DNA from: Nautiliaceae bacterium
GTDB lineage: Bacteria > Campylobacterota > Campylobacteria > Campylobacterales > Nautiliaceae
DNA: 61,980 nt
Assembly (NCBI GenBank): GCA_039831155.1
Contig: JBDONT010000035.1
Span: 1-61,980 of the forward strand
Direction: 5' to 3'
Each line of letters starts with the position of its first letter. Within the stretch, counting starts at the first letter, position 1. The position numbers were made by a program, and so were the translations under genes. Below the pieces are notes generated by a model that did not search any database, had not been told where the DNA came from, and saw nothing but the letters and a program-made list of their open reading frames with translations. Below are positions 52,914-61,980 of the stretch, in pieces.

Positions 52914-53652
52914 AGCCGTTTTTTACTCTAAAAAAGCTACTGCCACTTCCCGTGAAATATCCCTGCATATATTTATAGATGTCCGGATAAAGCGTAAGAG
53001 CCGGTTTTAGAAGGTCATTCAGTTCAGCTGCAGAGTAGTTGTTTAGAAGTTCTAAAGATTCGTATTTGTCAAAGTCGGTATTTTGAGGATTGAAAAATCT
53101 CTCTTTATAAACCCTGTAAACATCCGGAGTTGAGCATTCTATAGGTGGTGTAAATACTTCAATATCTAAAGGCTTTTCATCAAACTTTTCTACAATATCT
53201 CCACGTCCGTATACGTTTGCACTGTCATAATCATATATAAAAAAAGCTACGTCACTTCCTATTTTTTTTCCTATTTCCAGAAGTTCTTCTTTGGATAGGT
53301 TTAGTCTGCTTTCTTTGTTTACAAGTCTTAAAAAAGCAGCGGCATCACTGCTTCCTCCTCCAAGTCCTGCCATTTCCGGTATGTTTTTGTGGATTCTTAT
53401 CTCTTTTCCTATAAACCATTCTCTAATTTCCGGGTAGGTTGTAATCAACTCTACATAAGCCTTAAAAACACTATTGTCTCTTAAAGCACAGTTAATGTCT
53501 CCTATGATGTTAAATTTTTCAGCTTCTACTATTTCTATTTCGTCATATAAGTTTTGAACTTTCATAAATCTTGATTTAATCAAATGGTACATTCCGTCAT
53601 GACCTACTATTTTTAAAAATATATTTACTTTCGCGTGTGCTTTTATTTTCAT
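52906..53652 (-). CDS. ispE: 4-diphosphocytidyl-2-C-methyl-D-erythritol kinase
   Basis: [36 protein letters not shown]. Confidence 0.95.
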   Translation of the reverse strand: MKIKAHAKVNIFLKIVGHDGMYHLIKSRFMKVQNLYDEIEIVEAEKFNIIGDINCALRDNSVFKAYVELITTYPEIREWFIGKEIRIHKNIPEMAGLGGGSSDAAAFLRLVNKESRLNLSKEELLEIGKKIGSDVAFFIYDYDSANVYGRGDIVEKFDEKPLDIEVFTPPIECSTPDVYRVYKERFFNPQNTDFDKYESLELLNNYSAAELNDLLKPALTLYPDIYKYMQGYFTGSGSSFFRVKNGSI

Positions 53653-53885
53653 TTTTTTCCTTTGAAAATTTCAGAAATGTTTTTTAGTGTATTTGTGTCT
53701 ATCTCTTTTGCAGCTTTTTTGTTTTCTTTTGTAATCTCTTCTATAAGTTCGCTTCTTAAAATTGTAATCTCTTTTGGAGCTTCTATTCCTATTCTTACCT
53801 GATTTTTATCTACCGAAATTATAGTAATTTCTATATCTTCTCCGATTTTGATTTTTTCGTTTATCTTCCTTGATATCACTAGCAT
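53649..53885 (-). CDS. csrA: Carbon storage regulator
   Basis: MLVISRK.NE.I.IG.DI.I......[10 protein letters not shown]...ILR.EL. Confidence 0.96.
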   Translation of the reverse strand: MLVISRKINEKIKIGEDIEITIISVDKNQVRIGIEAPKEITILRSELIEEITKENKKAAKEIDTNTLKNISEIFKGKK

Positions 53886-54700
53886 AATTCAATCCTATTT
53901 AAAATGTATTTAACTTCTTCTCTAATTTCTATAATAGCAAAAAATTTATCATATTTAACGTAGTAAATTCCTTTTTTTTTATTTTTAAAATCTTCAATTG
54001 AAAGTTTTTTTCCCAGTAAAAGGTTATTGATATCGTTTAAGTAAATGTTTTCTTCCATATCAAGATATTCGATAGGATTTAGAGGTTTTTCACATTCATA
54101 AAAAAATTTTCCCTCATTCAATCTTTCAAGATATGTCAAAGCACCGGTGGTGTTTAGTTTTTTTGCTATGTCAAATCCTAAGCTTCTTATATAAGTCCCC
54201 TCACTTACGCTTGCTTTAAAAGTAACGAAAGGATGAGAATAATTGATTAGTTCAATTTCAAAAATTTCAACTTCGATTTCTTTATCTAAAAAAACTTTTT
54301 CATCTTCTAAAGAGTATGCTCTTTTTCCGTCTATTTTTTTTGCACTGTATTTTGGAGGAAGTTGTTTTTGTTTTCCTCTGAAAGAATTAAGGGTTGATAT
54401 TATCTCTTCTTTTGGAAAAGGTTTTAGAGTGTTGATGTTTTCAATTTTTTCTATGTCTAAAGAAGGAGAATAAGCTCCTAGCATAAGGGTGGCGATATAG
54501 GTTTTTGGAGTTTTTTTAAAAAATCTAAAAAGTTTTGTGTATTGTCCGGAAGCTATAATCAAACATCCACACGCAAACGGGTCGAGTGTGCCGGAAAATC
54601 CCATTTTTTTAGTGTTGTATTTTCTTTTTAAAGTGTTTAAAAATTTATTGGAACTTATAAACATAGGTTTATTGGCTACAAAAAGCATATTTTTTTTCAA
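53879..54700 (-). CDS. truB: tRNA pseudouridine(55) synthase
   Basis: [35 protein letters not shown]. Confidence 0.95.
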   Translation of the reverse strand: MKKNMLFVANKPMFISSNKFLNTLKRKYNTKKMGFSGTLDPFACGCLIIASGQYTKLFRFFKKTPKTYIATLMLGAYSPSLDIEKIENINTLKPFPKEEIISTLNSFRGKQKQLPPKYSAKKIDGKRAYSLEDEKVFLDKEIEVEIFEIELINYSHPFVTFKASVSEGTYIRSLGFDIAKKLNTTGALTYLERLNEGKFFYECEKPLNPIEYLDMEENIYLNDINNLLLGKKLSIEDFKNKKKGIYYVKYDKFFAIIEIREEVKYILNRIELC

Positions 54701-54709
54701 ATTACTCCT

Positions 54710-56704
54710 TTAGGTTTTTTCTACAAAATCACTTAAAATTTCTCTTACGTTATGACCGAAGTCTATTTTTAATTTTGTTTTGTTTCCGGCTTTGTTTATG
54801 CCTATAACCCTTCCGGTGCCGAATACTTTGTGTTTTACAAGAGAACCTACTTTTAATCCTCCTTGATTTGGAGTTTCTTTTATATTTATCCTCTCACCTC
54901 TGATAAGTCCGGCTTCGGTTAAAAACCTGCTTTTGCTCACTCTGCTTCTTTGTCCTCTTAAATAACGACTCTCAACATATGATAAGGTCAATTCTTTTTT
55001 GGCTCTTGTTATGGCTACATATGCTAGTCTTCTCTCTTCTTCTATATCGGCGTCGTTTAGAGGGAAAAACCCTTCTTCCATTCCTATTACAAAAAGATAA
55101 TCAAACTCAAGCCCCTTACTTGCGTGAATCGTCATAACGTTTACGTTTTCGTTTGTGATGTTGTCCTGGTCGCTCTCAAGTGAAAGTTCGTTTAAAAATT
55201 CTCTTAAACTTAAATCTTTCTTTTCTCTCATCATTCCGTAAAACTCTTCAACGTTTCTTTTTTTGTCTTCGTCTTTGTAGCTTTCGCTAAGGAATATGGT
55301 GCTTTCTATGGCTTCCGGGAGCTCTTCTATTTTTAAAGAGGCTAAAAACTCTAATGTTTTTTGAAACTCTTTTAGGGTGTTTGCAGCTTTTTTGCTTAAA
55401 AACGACAAGTCGTTTTCTTTTATAAATTCATAAAAAGATTTGTTTTGTTTTGCTTCTTCTAGTTTTAAAAGAGTTGTTTTTCCTATGCCTCTTCTAGGTT
55501 TATTTACTATTCTTTTAAAAGAGTAGTCGTCATTTGGGTTTACAAGGACTCTTAAATAGCTTATTAAATCTTTAATCTCTTCTCTTTCGTAAAACTTCAT
55601 CCCACCTACTAGTTTGTAGTTTATGCCGTAACTTCTTAGTCCGTCTTCAATTGAGCGAGAAAGGGCGTTTATTCTGTAAAGAATAGCTATTTGGTTCGGA
55701 TTTACGCCTTGGTTTATTAGAGATTTTATTTTTTTGGCTATTGTTTCTGCTTCTGCTATTTCGTTATAGTTTTTTAAAAGAGCCACTTCTTTTCCGTCTC
55801 CTATTGCAGAGATTAGCTTTTTATCGTATCTGTTTTTGTTAAAGCTTATCAGATTGTTTGCGGCTTTTAAAATTTGATTTGTCGAACGGTAGTTTTTTTC
55901 AAGTTTTATAACTTTTGCGTTAAAATCTTTTTCAAAGTTTAAAATATTTTTGTGATTAGCTCCTCTAAAGCCGTAAATTGACTGGTCGTCATCTCCTACC
56001 ACACAGATATTGTTGTGTGTTTTGCAAAGTTTTTTTAGCAAAAGAAGTTGAATTTCGTTGGTGTCTTGATATTCGTCTACCATAATATATTGGTATTTAT
56101 TGGAAATTTCTTCACATAAATCATCGTTTTCGTTTAAAATGGTATATGTTAATAAAAGCAAATCGTCAAAATCCACTAAGTTGTTTTCTAAAAGATATTT
56201 TTGATATTTATCATAAATATGAGCCAGTTTTTTATAAGTGGAATCTTTAGCCAGTGCATATACTTCATCGGCATTTAAAAAAGAATTTTTATATTTGCTT
56301 ATCTCTTTGCTTACGAATTGATAAGGCAAATCGCTTGAGATGTTTTTTATAATCTTTTTTTGGTCGTCACTGTCTATTATTACGAAGTTGTTTTTTCTGT
56401 TTAAAAGATGAATATAAAGCTTTAAAAACAGAAGACCGAATTTATGAAACGTAAGAAGCAAAGGAGGGTAAGAAGTGTTTTCCATCATATTTAAAGCTCT
56501 TTGTCTCATTTCGGTTGCCGCTTTATTTGTAAAAGTGAGAGTAAGAGTGTTTACCGGGTCTATGCCTAGACTTAAAAGATAGGCAAGTCTGGTGGTAATT
56601 GTTTTTGTTTTGCCACTTCCGGCACCTGCTAAAATAAGCAAAGCACCGTCTATATGAGTTACTGCTTCACGTTGAGCTTCGTTTAGTTCGTTTAAAAAAT
56701 CCAT
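54710..56704 (-). CDS. uvrD: UvrD/PcrA/Rep ATP-dependent DNA helicase
   Basis: AGAGSGKT, TFTNKAA.EM, VDEYQDTN, VGDDDQSIY.FRGA, NYRST, MTIHASKGLEF, EERRLAYVAITRA. Confidence 0.93.
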   Translation of the reverse strand: MDFLNELNEAQREAVTHIDGALLILAGAGSGKTKTITTRLAYLLSLGIDPVNTLTLTFTNKAATEMRQRALNMMENTSYPPLLLTFHKFGLLFLKLYIHLLNRKNNFVIIDSDDQKKIIKNISSDLPYQFVSKEISKYKNSFLNADEVYALAKDSTYKKLAHIYDKYQKYLLENNLVDFDDLLLLTYTILNENDDLCEEISNKYQYIMVDEYQDTNEIQLLLLKKLCKTHNNICVVGDDDQSIYGFRGANHKNILNFEKDFNAKVIKLEKNYRSTNQILKAANNLISFNKNRYDKKLISAIGDGKEVALLKNYNEIAEAETIAKKIKSLINQGVNPNQIAILYRINALSRSIEDGLRSYGINYKLVGGMKFYEREEIKDLISYLRVLVNPNDDYSFKRIVNKPRRGIGKTTLLKLEEAKQNKSFYEFIKENDLSFLSKKAANTLKEFQKTLEFLASLKIEELPEAIESTIFLSESYKDEDKKRNVEEFYGMMREKKDLSLREFLNELSLESDQDNITNENVNVMTIHASKGLEFDYLFVIGMEEGFFPLNDADIEEERRLAYVAITRAKKELTLSYVESRYLRGQRSRVSKSRFLTEAGLIRGERINIKETPNQGGLKVGSLVKHKVFGTGRVIGINKAGNKTKLKIDFGHNVREILSDFVEKT

Positions 56705-56851
56705 TTTCTCGCTTTTTTATATTTATTATAACAAATAGACATTAAGTTGTGAAGAGTTGATCAAAATTGAGATGTTTTATTAAGAAAAGTCGAATTTGTT
56801 TTGCTATAATTTTTAGTTATAATTCTTATTAATAAACTTAAGAGGGGAGAG

Positions 56852-57721
56852 ATGGTCATAAAGTATCTTGATAAAATATATACATTCTTAGTAATCAATA
56901 GAGAAAGCAGTTTTTCAAAAGCCAGTAAAGTTTTAGGAATTTCTCAACCGGCAGTTACCCAGCAAATTAGAATTTTGGAAGACTATTTAGGAGTGAGTCT
57001 GTTTGAGCGTAAAAAAAACGGAGTTGTTTTAACTAAAGAAGGACAGACGTTTTTAATTTATGCTAAGGAGTTTGAGAAGTTTTTAAATAATTTTGAAAGA
57101 AAGCTTGAAGATTTCAGAAATGCCGATTCTCCTTTTTTAATAGGAGCTTCACCTACTGTGGGTAATTACAATTTACCGGAATGCATTAAATATTTTAAAA
57201 GCTTAATAGATAGGGAAATAAATCTTGTAATTAAAAGTAATGATGCATTACTAGAAGATGTCGAAAAAAAAGCTATAGATATGGCATTTGTTACTAAGAA
57301 AAAAAGAAACTCTTTAAATTATGTGGAATGGATTGAAGATGAACTTGTAGTCTTTTCCAATAAACCTCTTCCTCCTAGTATGGATTTGGAAGATTTGAAA
57401 AACTATAATATGATTTGTAGAGAGCCCGATTCGTCAACGAGGGATTTTATAAAAAGAGAATTTGAAGAACACGAATTTGCGTGTGATACTTTAAATGTTA
57501 TTAGTGTAGTTCATAATTCTACCGCACTTAAATTTACGGTTATGAATTCAAACGAACAGGTTGTTTCTATTATTTCGAAAATGGTAATAAAAGAGGAGTT
57601 GAAAGAGAGAAAATTGTTTATGTCTAAGATTAAAGGTTTAAATTTAAAAAGAAAAACTTATATCGCTTATAAAGATAAAACGAGAGAAATCGAAGCGATT
57701 TTAAATTTCGTTAAATCTTAA
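56852..57721 (+). CDS. LysR-family transcriptional regulator
   Basis: HTH SFSKAS..LGISQPAVTQQIR.LE..LG..LFER; C-terminal RE..S.TR substrate-binding domain. Confidence 0.93.
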   Translation: MVIKYLDKIYTFLVINRESSFSKASKVLGISQPAVTQQIRILEDYLGVSLFERKKNGVVLTKEGQTFLIYAKEFEKFLNNFERKLEDFRNADSPFLIGASPTVGNYNLPECIKYFKSLIDREINLVIKSNDALLEDVEKKAIDMAFVTKKKRNSLNYVEWIEDELVVFSNKPLPPSMDLEDLKNYNMICREPDSSTRDFIKREFEEHEFACDTLNVISVVHNSTALKFTVMNSNEQVVSIISKMVIKEELKERKLFMSKIKGLNLKRKTYIAYKDKTREIEAILNFVKS

Positions 57722-58143
57722 TCCTCTTTTAAAAATCTTTTGTTTCTAGGATTTAGTGCAAAAGGGTTTTTAGGTTTTTTTTGTTTTGGTAAAGTGGCTG
57801 CCGGGTTGATAAAAAGAGGAATAGGCAGCTGGTCTTGTTGGATTTGCAGAATATTTTCTAAAGGCACCGTTACCAGGCTTCCTATATTTTCTTCCCCGAA
57901 ACCGGCTTCAAACGTAAAATAATCGTAATAAAGATTCGCACTCTCAAGTGTATAATTTGCAATGGCAAAAAGAATAACGTCTTGGAAGTTATTCATTATT
58001 TTTTCCGGTAAAGGAGGATCAAATTCCACTCCTTCTACATGACATAAGACATTAAACTCTTCTTTTGTCATTAACAACATATTTAAAATACTTCTTGCGT
58101 GAGATTTTTTTACGTTTCTAAATTCTTCCGTTTGTATAATCAT
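57718..58143 (-). CDS. Conserved hypothetical protein, possibly SspB-like
   Basis: F.PPLP; FEAGFG..N.GS.VTVPL..ILQI; coupled to pepF. Confidence 0.65.
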   Translation of the reverse strand: MIIQTEEFRNVKKSHARSILNMLLMTKEEFNVLCHVEGVEFDPPLPEKIMNNFQDVILFAIANYTLESANLYYDYFTFEAGFGEENIGSLVTVPLENILQIQQDQLPIPLFINPAATLPKQKKPKNPFALNPRNKRFLKED

Positions 58144-59860
58144 TTGTAATTCCTTTAAATTCGTTTAACATACCTCTTACCATTTCTATTCCATTGTTCC
58201 AAAAACTTTCATTTTCTATATCAAGACCGAATATTTCAAGTTGTTTTTTAGGAGGTATGCTTCCACCTTGAGATAAAAAGTTTATGTATTTTTCTTCAAA
58301 GTTTTCAAAGCCCTCTTTATATAATTTAAACAGAGTCAGCACTAAAAGTTGAGCGTATGAGTATGCATAGCAGTAAAACGGAGAGTGAATAAAATGAGGA
58401 ATATAACTCCACCAAATTTCGTAGTTTTTAGTAAGAATTACGCTGTTTCCAAACATTTTTTGGTTTTCTTCCATCCAAATTTTATTAAATTCTTCCGGTT
58501 TTAATTCATTTTCTTGGTGTACTCTTTTTTCAAAATTCGTAAATACGATTTGTCTAAAGAGAGTTGCGAAGATATCTTCAAGTTTGGCGGAATAAGTTTC
58601 TATTAATTCCTCTTTTGATAAAGATTTTTTAAGCTCTTCAAATAAAAGCATTTCTGCAAAAATACTTGCGGTTTCGGCAGTTGTTAAAGGTGTGTCTTGA
58701 TTTAGGTAACCGACTTCTTTTGCTAAATACTGATGAATTGCGTGACCTAGTTCGTGTGCTAGAGTGAATATGTCTCTTCTTTTGTTTGTATAATTTAATA
58801 ATACGTAAGGGTGGGCTTTTGGAGTTGCGGAGTGGCTAAATGCTCCTCCTCTTTTTCCTTCTTTAGGGTATACGTCAATCCATCTTTCATCAAACGCTTT
58901 TTTTGCTATTTCGTAAAATTTAGGAGAGAAGTTTTTAAAGGCTTTAATGACAAGTTCTCTTGCTTCTTCAAAAGAGATTTGAGGAGTTTTATCGGTTAAA
59001 TTAATAGGAGCGTATCTGTCGTAATCAAAAAGTAAATCATATCCTAAAAGTTCTTTTTTTATATTGTAGTACTCTTCCACAATATCGGTATTTTGGTTTA
59101 CACTGTTTACAAGAGCGTCGACGCTTTTTTTCGTTACTTTATTGCTAAGGTGTCTTGGTTCTTCTACGTTAGGGTATTTTCTTATCTCCACATAGTCGAT
59201 TTTCCAGTCTTTTTTGATTTGATTATAAATATACGCAAATAGGTTTTGATGAGGTTTTAGACCGTTTGTTAAAGATACTTGAGCTTTTTTTCTGATGTTT
59301 CTGTCACTTGAATACAATTGACTTAAAACTTCTTCTTCACTTAAATATTTTCCGTCAAAGAAAAACTTAAGTCTGCTTGTGTGTTCGTCAAAAAGTCTGC
59401 TAAAAGCCGAACTTGACGTTAAATCTTTTTTCATTAATATTTTTTCTTCTTTTTCGCTAAGTTTATAAGGAGATTCTTCTTGAAGATGAATTAAATAATA
59501 TTTATAAATTCCAGCATTGTCGATAAATTTTTGCTGTTTATCGATAGGCAGATGTATAAATTCAAGCTCAAACCAGATTAAATGCTCTTCAACTTCGTTT
59601 GCAAATTGCTGAAAGGTTGCTAAGAAATTTCCTTTTGAAGTGTCGGTTGCGAATATGAGGTATATATAAGTTAAACTTCTTCCGATTTTTTCCAAAATAT
59701 CTTCATATTCTTTTAAAACGTTCAAAAATTCTTGAGGGTTTAGGGTGTATAGTCTGTTTTTGTATTTTTTTTCAAACTTTTGAGCTTCAAATTTCGCTTG
59801 TTTTAAAAACTCTTCGGCTTCCGGAATGGAGCTAAATAGAGGTGTTAAATCCCATGTCAT
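58118..59860 (-). CDS. pepF: Oligoendopeptidase F (M3 family)
   Basis: WDL..LF, GKRGGAFS, TLAHELGHAIH zinc motif, AETAS.F.E, W..IPHF...FY.Y.Y; RBS supports ATG at 59860. Confidence 0.93.
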   Translation of the reverse strand: MTWDLTPLFSSIPEAEEFLKQAKFEAQKFEKKYKNRLYTLNPQEFLNVLKEYEDILEKIGRSLTYIYLIFATDTSKGNFLATFQQFANEVEEHLIWFELEFIHLPIDKQQKFIDNAGIYKYYLIHLQEESPYKLSEKEEKILMKKDLTSSSAFSRLFDEHTSRLKFFFDGKYLSEEEVLSQLYSSDRNIRKKAQVSLTNGLKPHQNLFAYIYNQIKKDWKIDYVEIRKYPNVEEPRHLSNKVTKKSVDALVNSVNQNTDIVEEYYNIKKELLGYDLLFDYDRYAPINLTDKTPQISFEEARELVIKAFKNFSPKFYEIAKKAFDERWIDVYPKEGKRGGAFSHSATPKAHPYVLLNYTNKRRDIFTLAHELGHAIHQYLAKEVGYLNQDTPLTTAETASIFAEMLLFEELKKSLSKEELIETYSAKLEDIFATLFRQIVFTNFEKRVHQENELKPEEFNKIWMEENQKMFGNSVILTKNYEIWWSYIPHFIHSPFYCYAYSYAQLLVLTLFKLYKEGFENFEEKYINFLSQGGSIPPKKQLEIFGLDIENESFWNNGIEMVRGMLNEFKGITNDYTNGRI

Positions 59861-59873
59861 TAAAATCCTTTTT

Positions 59874-60446
59874 TTATTTAATTTTACCAAAATTTTCTAT
59901 TGAGGTTATATCGATTTCATAAAAACCGATAATTGCGTTTATCATAGCAAATTTTTTAAAGTTTTTTAACTCTTTGTAATGGATTTTTTTTGGGTGGATA
60001 AGTTTTTTTCGGATAAGTTCTTCTCTTTTTGTGCCTTTAAGAAGAGGATTTTGGGGAGTGTACCATTTTTTGCCGTCAAAAAAAGCCAAATTTGAAATAG
60101 TCGTATCTGTTATAAATCCGTGTTTTACTATAATAACTTCATCATATCCTTTTTCTTTTAATACATTAAGCTTTTCTCTATAGGCGTATTTGTAGGAATA
60201 TTCTATATTTGAGTGAATGAGTTTAAATTTTTTGAATTCTCTTTTTTTCAGTTCGAAATATTCGATTTTTTCTATTTCTTTTGAGTAAGTAATTCTTACT
60301 CTTTTATTTGGAATGATTTTTACGTATTTTTGAAGGTCGTCTTTTTTGAGATTAAAAAAGTCTTTTCTTGTTTTGTTAAAACGGTCGTTGTGGTAGTTTA
60401 GGTTTTCGATTTTATCCGTTATCAATAGTGTTTCGATAAATCTCAT
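59874..60446 (-). CDS. Aminotransferase class IV (aminodeoxychorismate lyase PabC-like)
   Basis: FIET, YH..R, ITDTTISN, W.TP..PLL.GT.R..L, INA. Confidence 0.8.
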   Translation of the reverse strand: MRFIETLLITDKIENLNYHNDRFNKTRKDFFNLKKDDLQKYVKIIPNKRVRITYSKEIEKIEYFELKKREFKKFKLIHSNIEYSYKYAYREKLNVLKEKGYDEVIIVKHGFITDTTISNLAFFDGKKWYTPQNPLLKGTKREELIRKKLIHPKKIHYKELKNFKKFAMINAIIGFYEIDITSIENFGKIK

Positions 60447-60538
60447 TTTTCCTCCGATGATTAAAATTTATACAAAAATTTTTGATTTTAGTTTTTTAAG
60501 TTGGATATAATTATTTCAAATTTTAAAAAGGAGAGCAA

Positions 60539-61960
60539 ATGACTTCAAAAGAATTCTTGCAAGAATGTAGAGAAAAAGAGATTGAATTCGTAGATTTTAG
60601 ATTTACTGATATAAAAGGTGTATGGCATCACGTAACTTACGATATTGATGCACTTGACGAAGAAGTATTGGCTAACGGACTTCCATTTGATGGTAGTTCG
60701 ATTCCAGCGTGGCAACCTATTAACGAATCAGATATGATTTTAAAACCTGATTTTGAAATCGGAACTCACTTCGTAGATCCGTTCACAGCTGATCCTACAA
60801 TGGTAGTATTTTGTGACGTATTCAACACTGACGGAACGCCTTATGAAAAATGTCCAAGAAGCATTGCAAAAAGAGCACTTGAATATATGAAAGAACAAAA
60901 TATTGCAGATGTTGCGTATTTCGGGCCTGAAAATGAATTTTTCGTATTTGACAATGTTGTAATCAGAGATGAAATCAACGCTCAGTGTTATGAAGTAGAT
61001 TCGAGCGAAGGTATATGGAACGATTACGCAGACTGGGGAGATGAATTAAATATTGGTCACAGACCAAGAACAAAAGGCGGATATTTCCCGGTACCTCCTG
61101 TTGATTCAATGATGGATCTAAGAGCTGAAATGGTAAAAGTTCTTAAAGAAGTGGGACTTGAAACATTCGTTGTTCATCACGAAGTTGCTCAGGCTCAGGG
61201 TGAAATAGGTGTTAAATTCGGAACACTTATAGAAGCTGCAGATAACGTGCAAAAACTTAAATACGTTGTAAAAATGGTAGCTCACCTAAACGGAAAAACC
61301 GCAACATTTATGCCAAAACCTCTTTATGGTGACAACGGAAACGGAATGCATACACACATCTCTTTATGGAAAGATGGAGAAAATCTTTTCTATGGTGACG
61401 GATATGCAAATTTAAGCAAACTTGGACTAAACTTTATAGGAGGTGTTTTAAAACACGCTCAGGCTGTTGCTGCGTTTACTAACGCTTCAACTAACTCTTA
61501 TAAAAGATTGATTCCTGGATTTGAGGCACCTTCGATTCTAACTTATTCGGCTAAAAACAGAAGTGCAAGTTGTAGAATACCTTGGGGAGCAGGTAAAAAA
61601 TCTGTAAGGGCGGAATTTAGATTCCCGGACAGTTCAGCATGTCCTTATCTTGCATTTACGGCTCTGTTAATGGCCGGACTTGACGGAATTAAAAATGAAA
61701 TTGATCCGGGTGAACCTATGGAAATAGATCTATTTGAATTATCTCTTGATGAAATCAGGGAAAAAGGTATTAAACAGATGCCTCATACTTTAAGGGAAGC
61801 TGTTGAAGCGATGCTTAAAGATAAAGAGCTATTTAAACAAGGCGATGTAATGACGGAAGATTTTATCCAAACATATCAGCATTATAAATTTGAAACTGAA
61901 ATTTGGCCGTGGGAAGGAAGACCTCATCCTTACGAATTCGTAACTACGTTCTCTTGCTAA
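60539..61960 (+). CDS. glnA: Glutamine synthetase type I
   Basis: FDGSSI, GPE.EFF, HHEVA, ATFMPKP..GDNG.GMH.H.S, SYKRL.PG.EAP, NRSA..RIP, E.RFPD. Confidence 0.98.
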   Translation: MTSKEFLQECREKEIEFVDFRFTDIKGVWHHVTYDIDALDEEVLANGLPFDGSSIPAWQPINESDMILKPDFEIGTHFVDPFTADPTMVVFCDVFNTDGTPYEKCPRSIAKRALEYMKEQNIADVAYFGPENEFFVFDNVVIRDEINAQCYEVDSSEGIWNDYADWGDELNIGHRPRTKGGYFPVPPVDSMMDLRAEMVKVLKEVGLETFVVHHEVAQAQGEIGVKFGTLIEAADNVQKLKYVVKMVAHLNGKTATFMPKPLYGDNGNGMHTHISLWKDGENLFYGDGYANLSKLGLNFIGGVLKHAQAVAAFTNASTNSYKRLIPGFEAPSILTYSAKNRSASCRIPWGAGKKSVRAEFRFPDSSACPYLAFTALLMAGLDGIKNEIDPGEPMEIDLFELSLDEIREKGIKQMPHTLREAVEAMLKDKELFKQGDVMTEDFIQTYQHYKFETEIWPWEGRPHPYEFVTTFSC

Positions 61961-61980
61961 TTTTTAATCTTTCCCCCCCC

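Noticed and set aside
61961-61980. Poly-C tract as a phase-variation site
   Set aside because: It is intergenic, directly after the glnA stop and cut by the window edge; more likely the 5' arm of a terminator. No long G/C tracts were seen inside coding regions.

Overview
AT-rich, gene-dense chromosomal window. Gene content and order (napAGHBFLD next to an octaheme epsilon-Hao, flgS, flaG-fliD-fliS, cts-like secretin/ATPase genes, uvrD-truB-csrA-ispE) point to a Campylobacterota genome, most plausibly a vent-type Nautiliaceae; this is an inference. From left to right: (1) the 3' end of a phage-type lysozyme with an in-frame stop, followed by an unannotated promoter-hairpin-terminator unit that is a candidate ~100-nt ncRNA; (2) HAD, tilS, rimO; (3) an MSHA/Cts-like type IV pilus system (giant MshQ-like adhesin, six pilin-like genes, alignment proteins, secretin, MshEN-containing ATPase, platform protein), interrupted by panC-prfB; (4) flgS, a heme/cytochrome c maturation run, epsilon-Hao and the nap operon; (5) housekeeping genes (metE, UDG, MscS, aroB, tgt, rsmD), a PilZ protein, the sigma28 flaG-fliD-fliS operon, a DUF302/TDT transporter/rhodanese trio, ispE-csrA-truB-uvrD, LysR, pepF, a PabC-like gene and glnA. 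The strongest unexplained signal is that the adhesin and all six pilins carry many extended bacterial N-glycosylation sequons (D/E-X-N-X-S/T; about 55 in the adhesin by hand count), while the compositionally similar FliD has only 2. This suggests a heavily N-glycosylated bacterial type IV pilus. Other unannotated signals are an ATT start overlapping the prfB stop, a 31-aa membrane ORF, a 13-bp palindrome over the major pilin promoter, and an 11-bp-period direct repeat shared by the hao and nap upstream regions. No tRNA, rRNA, CRISPR array or transposase was recognised. All calls come from reading the sequence; no searches were run.
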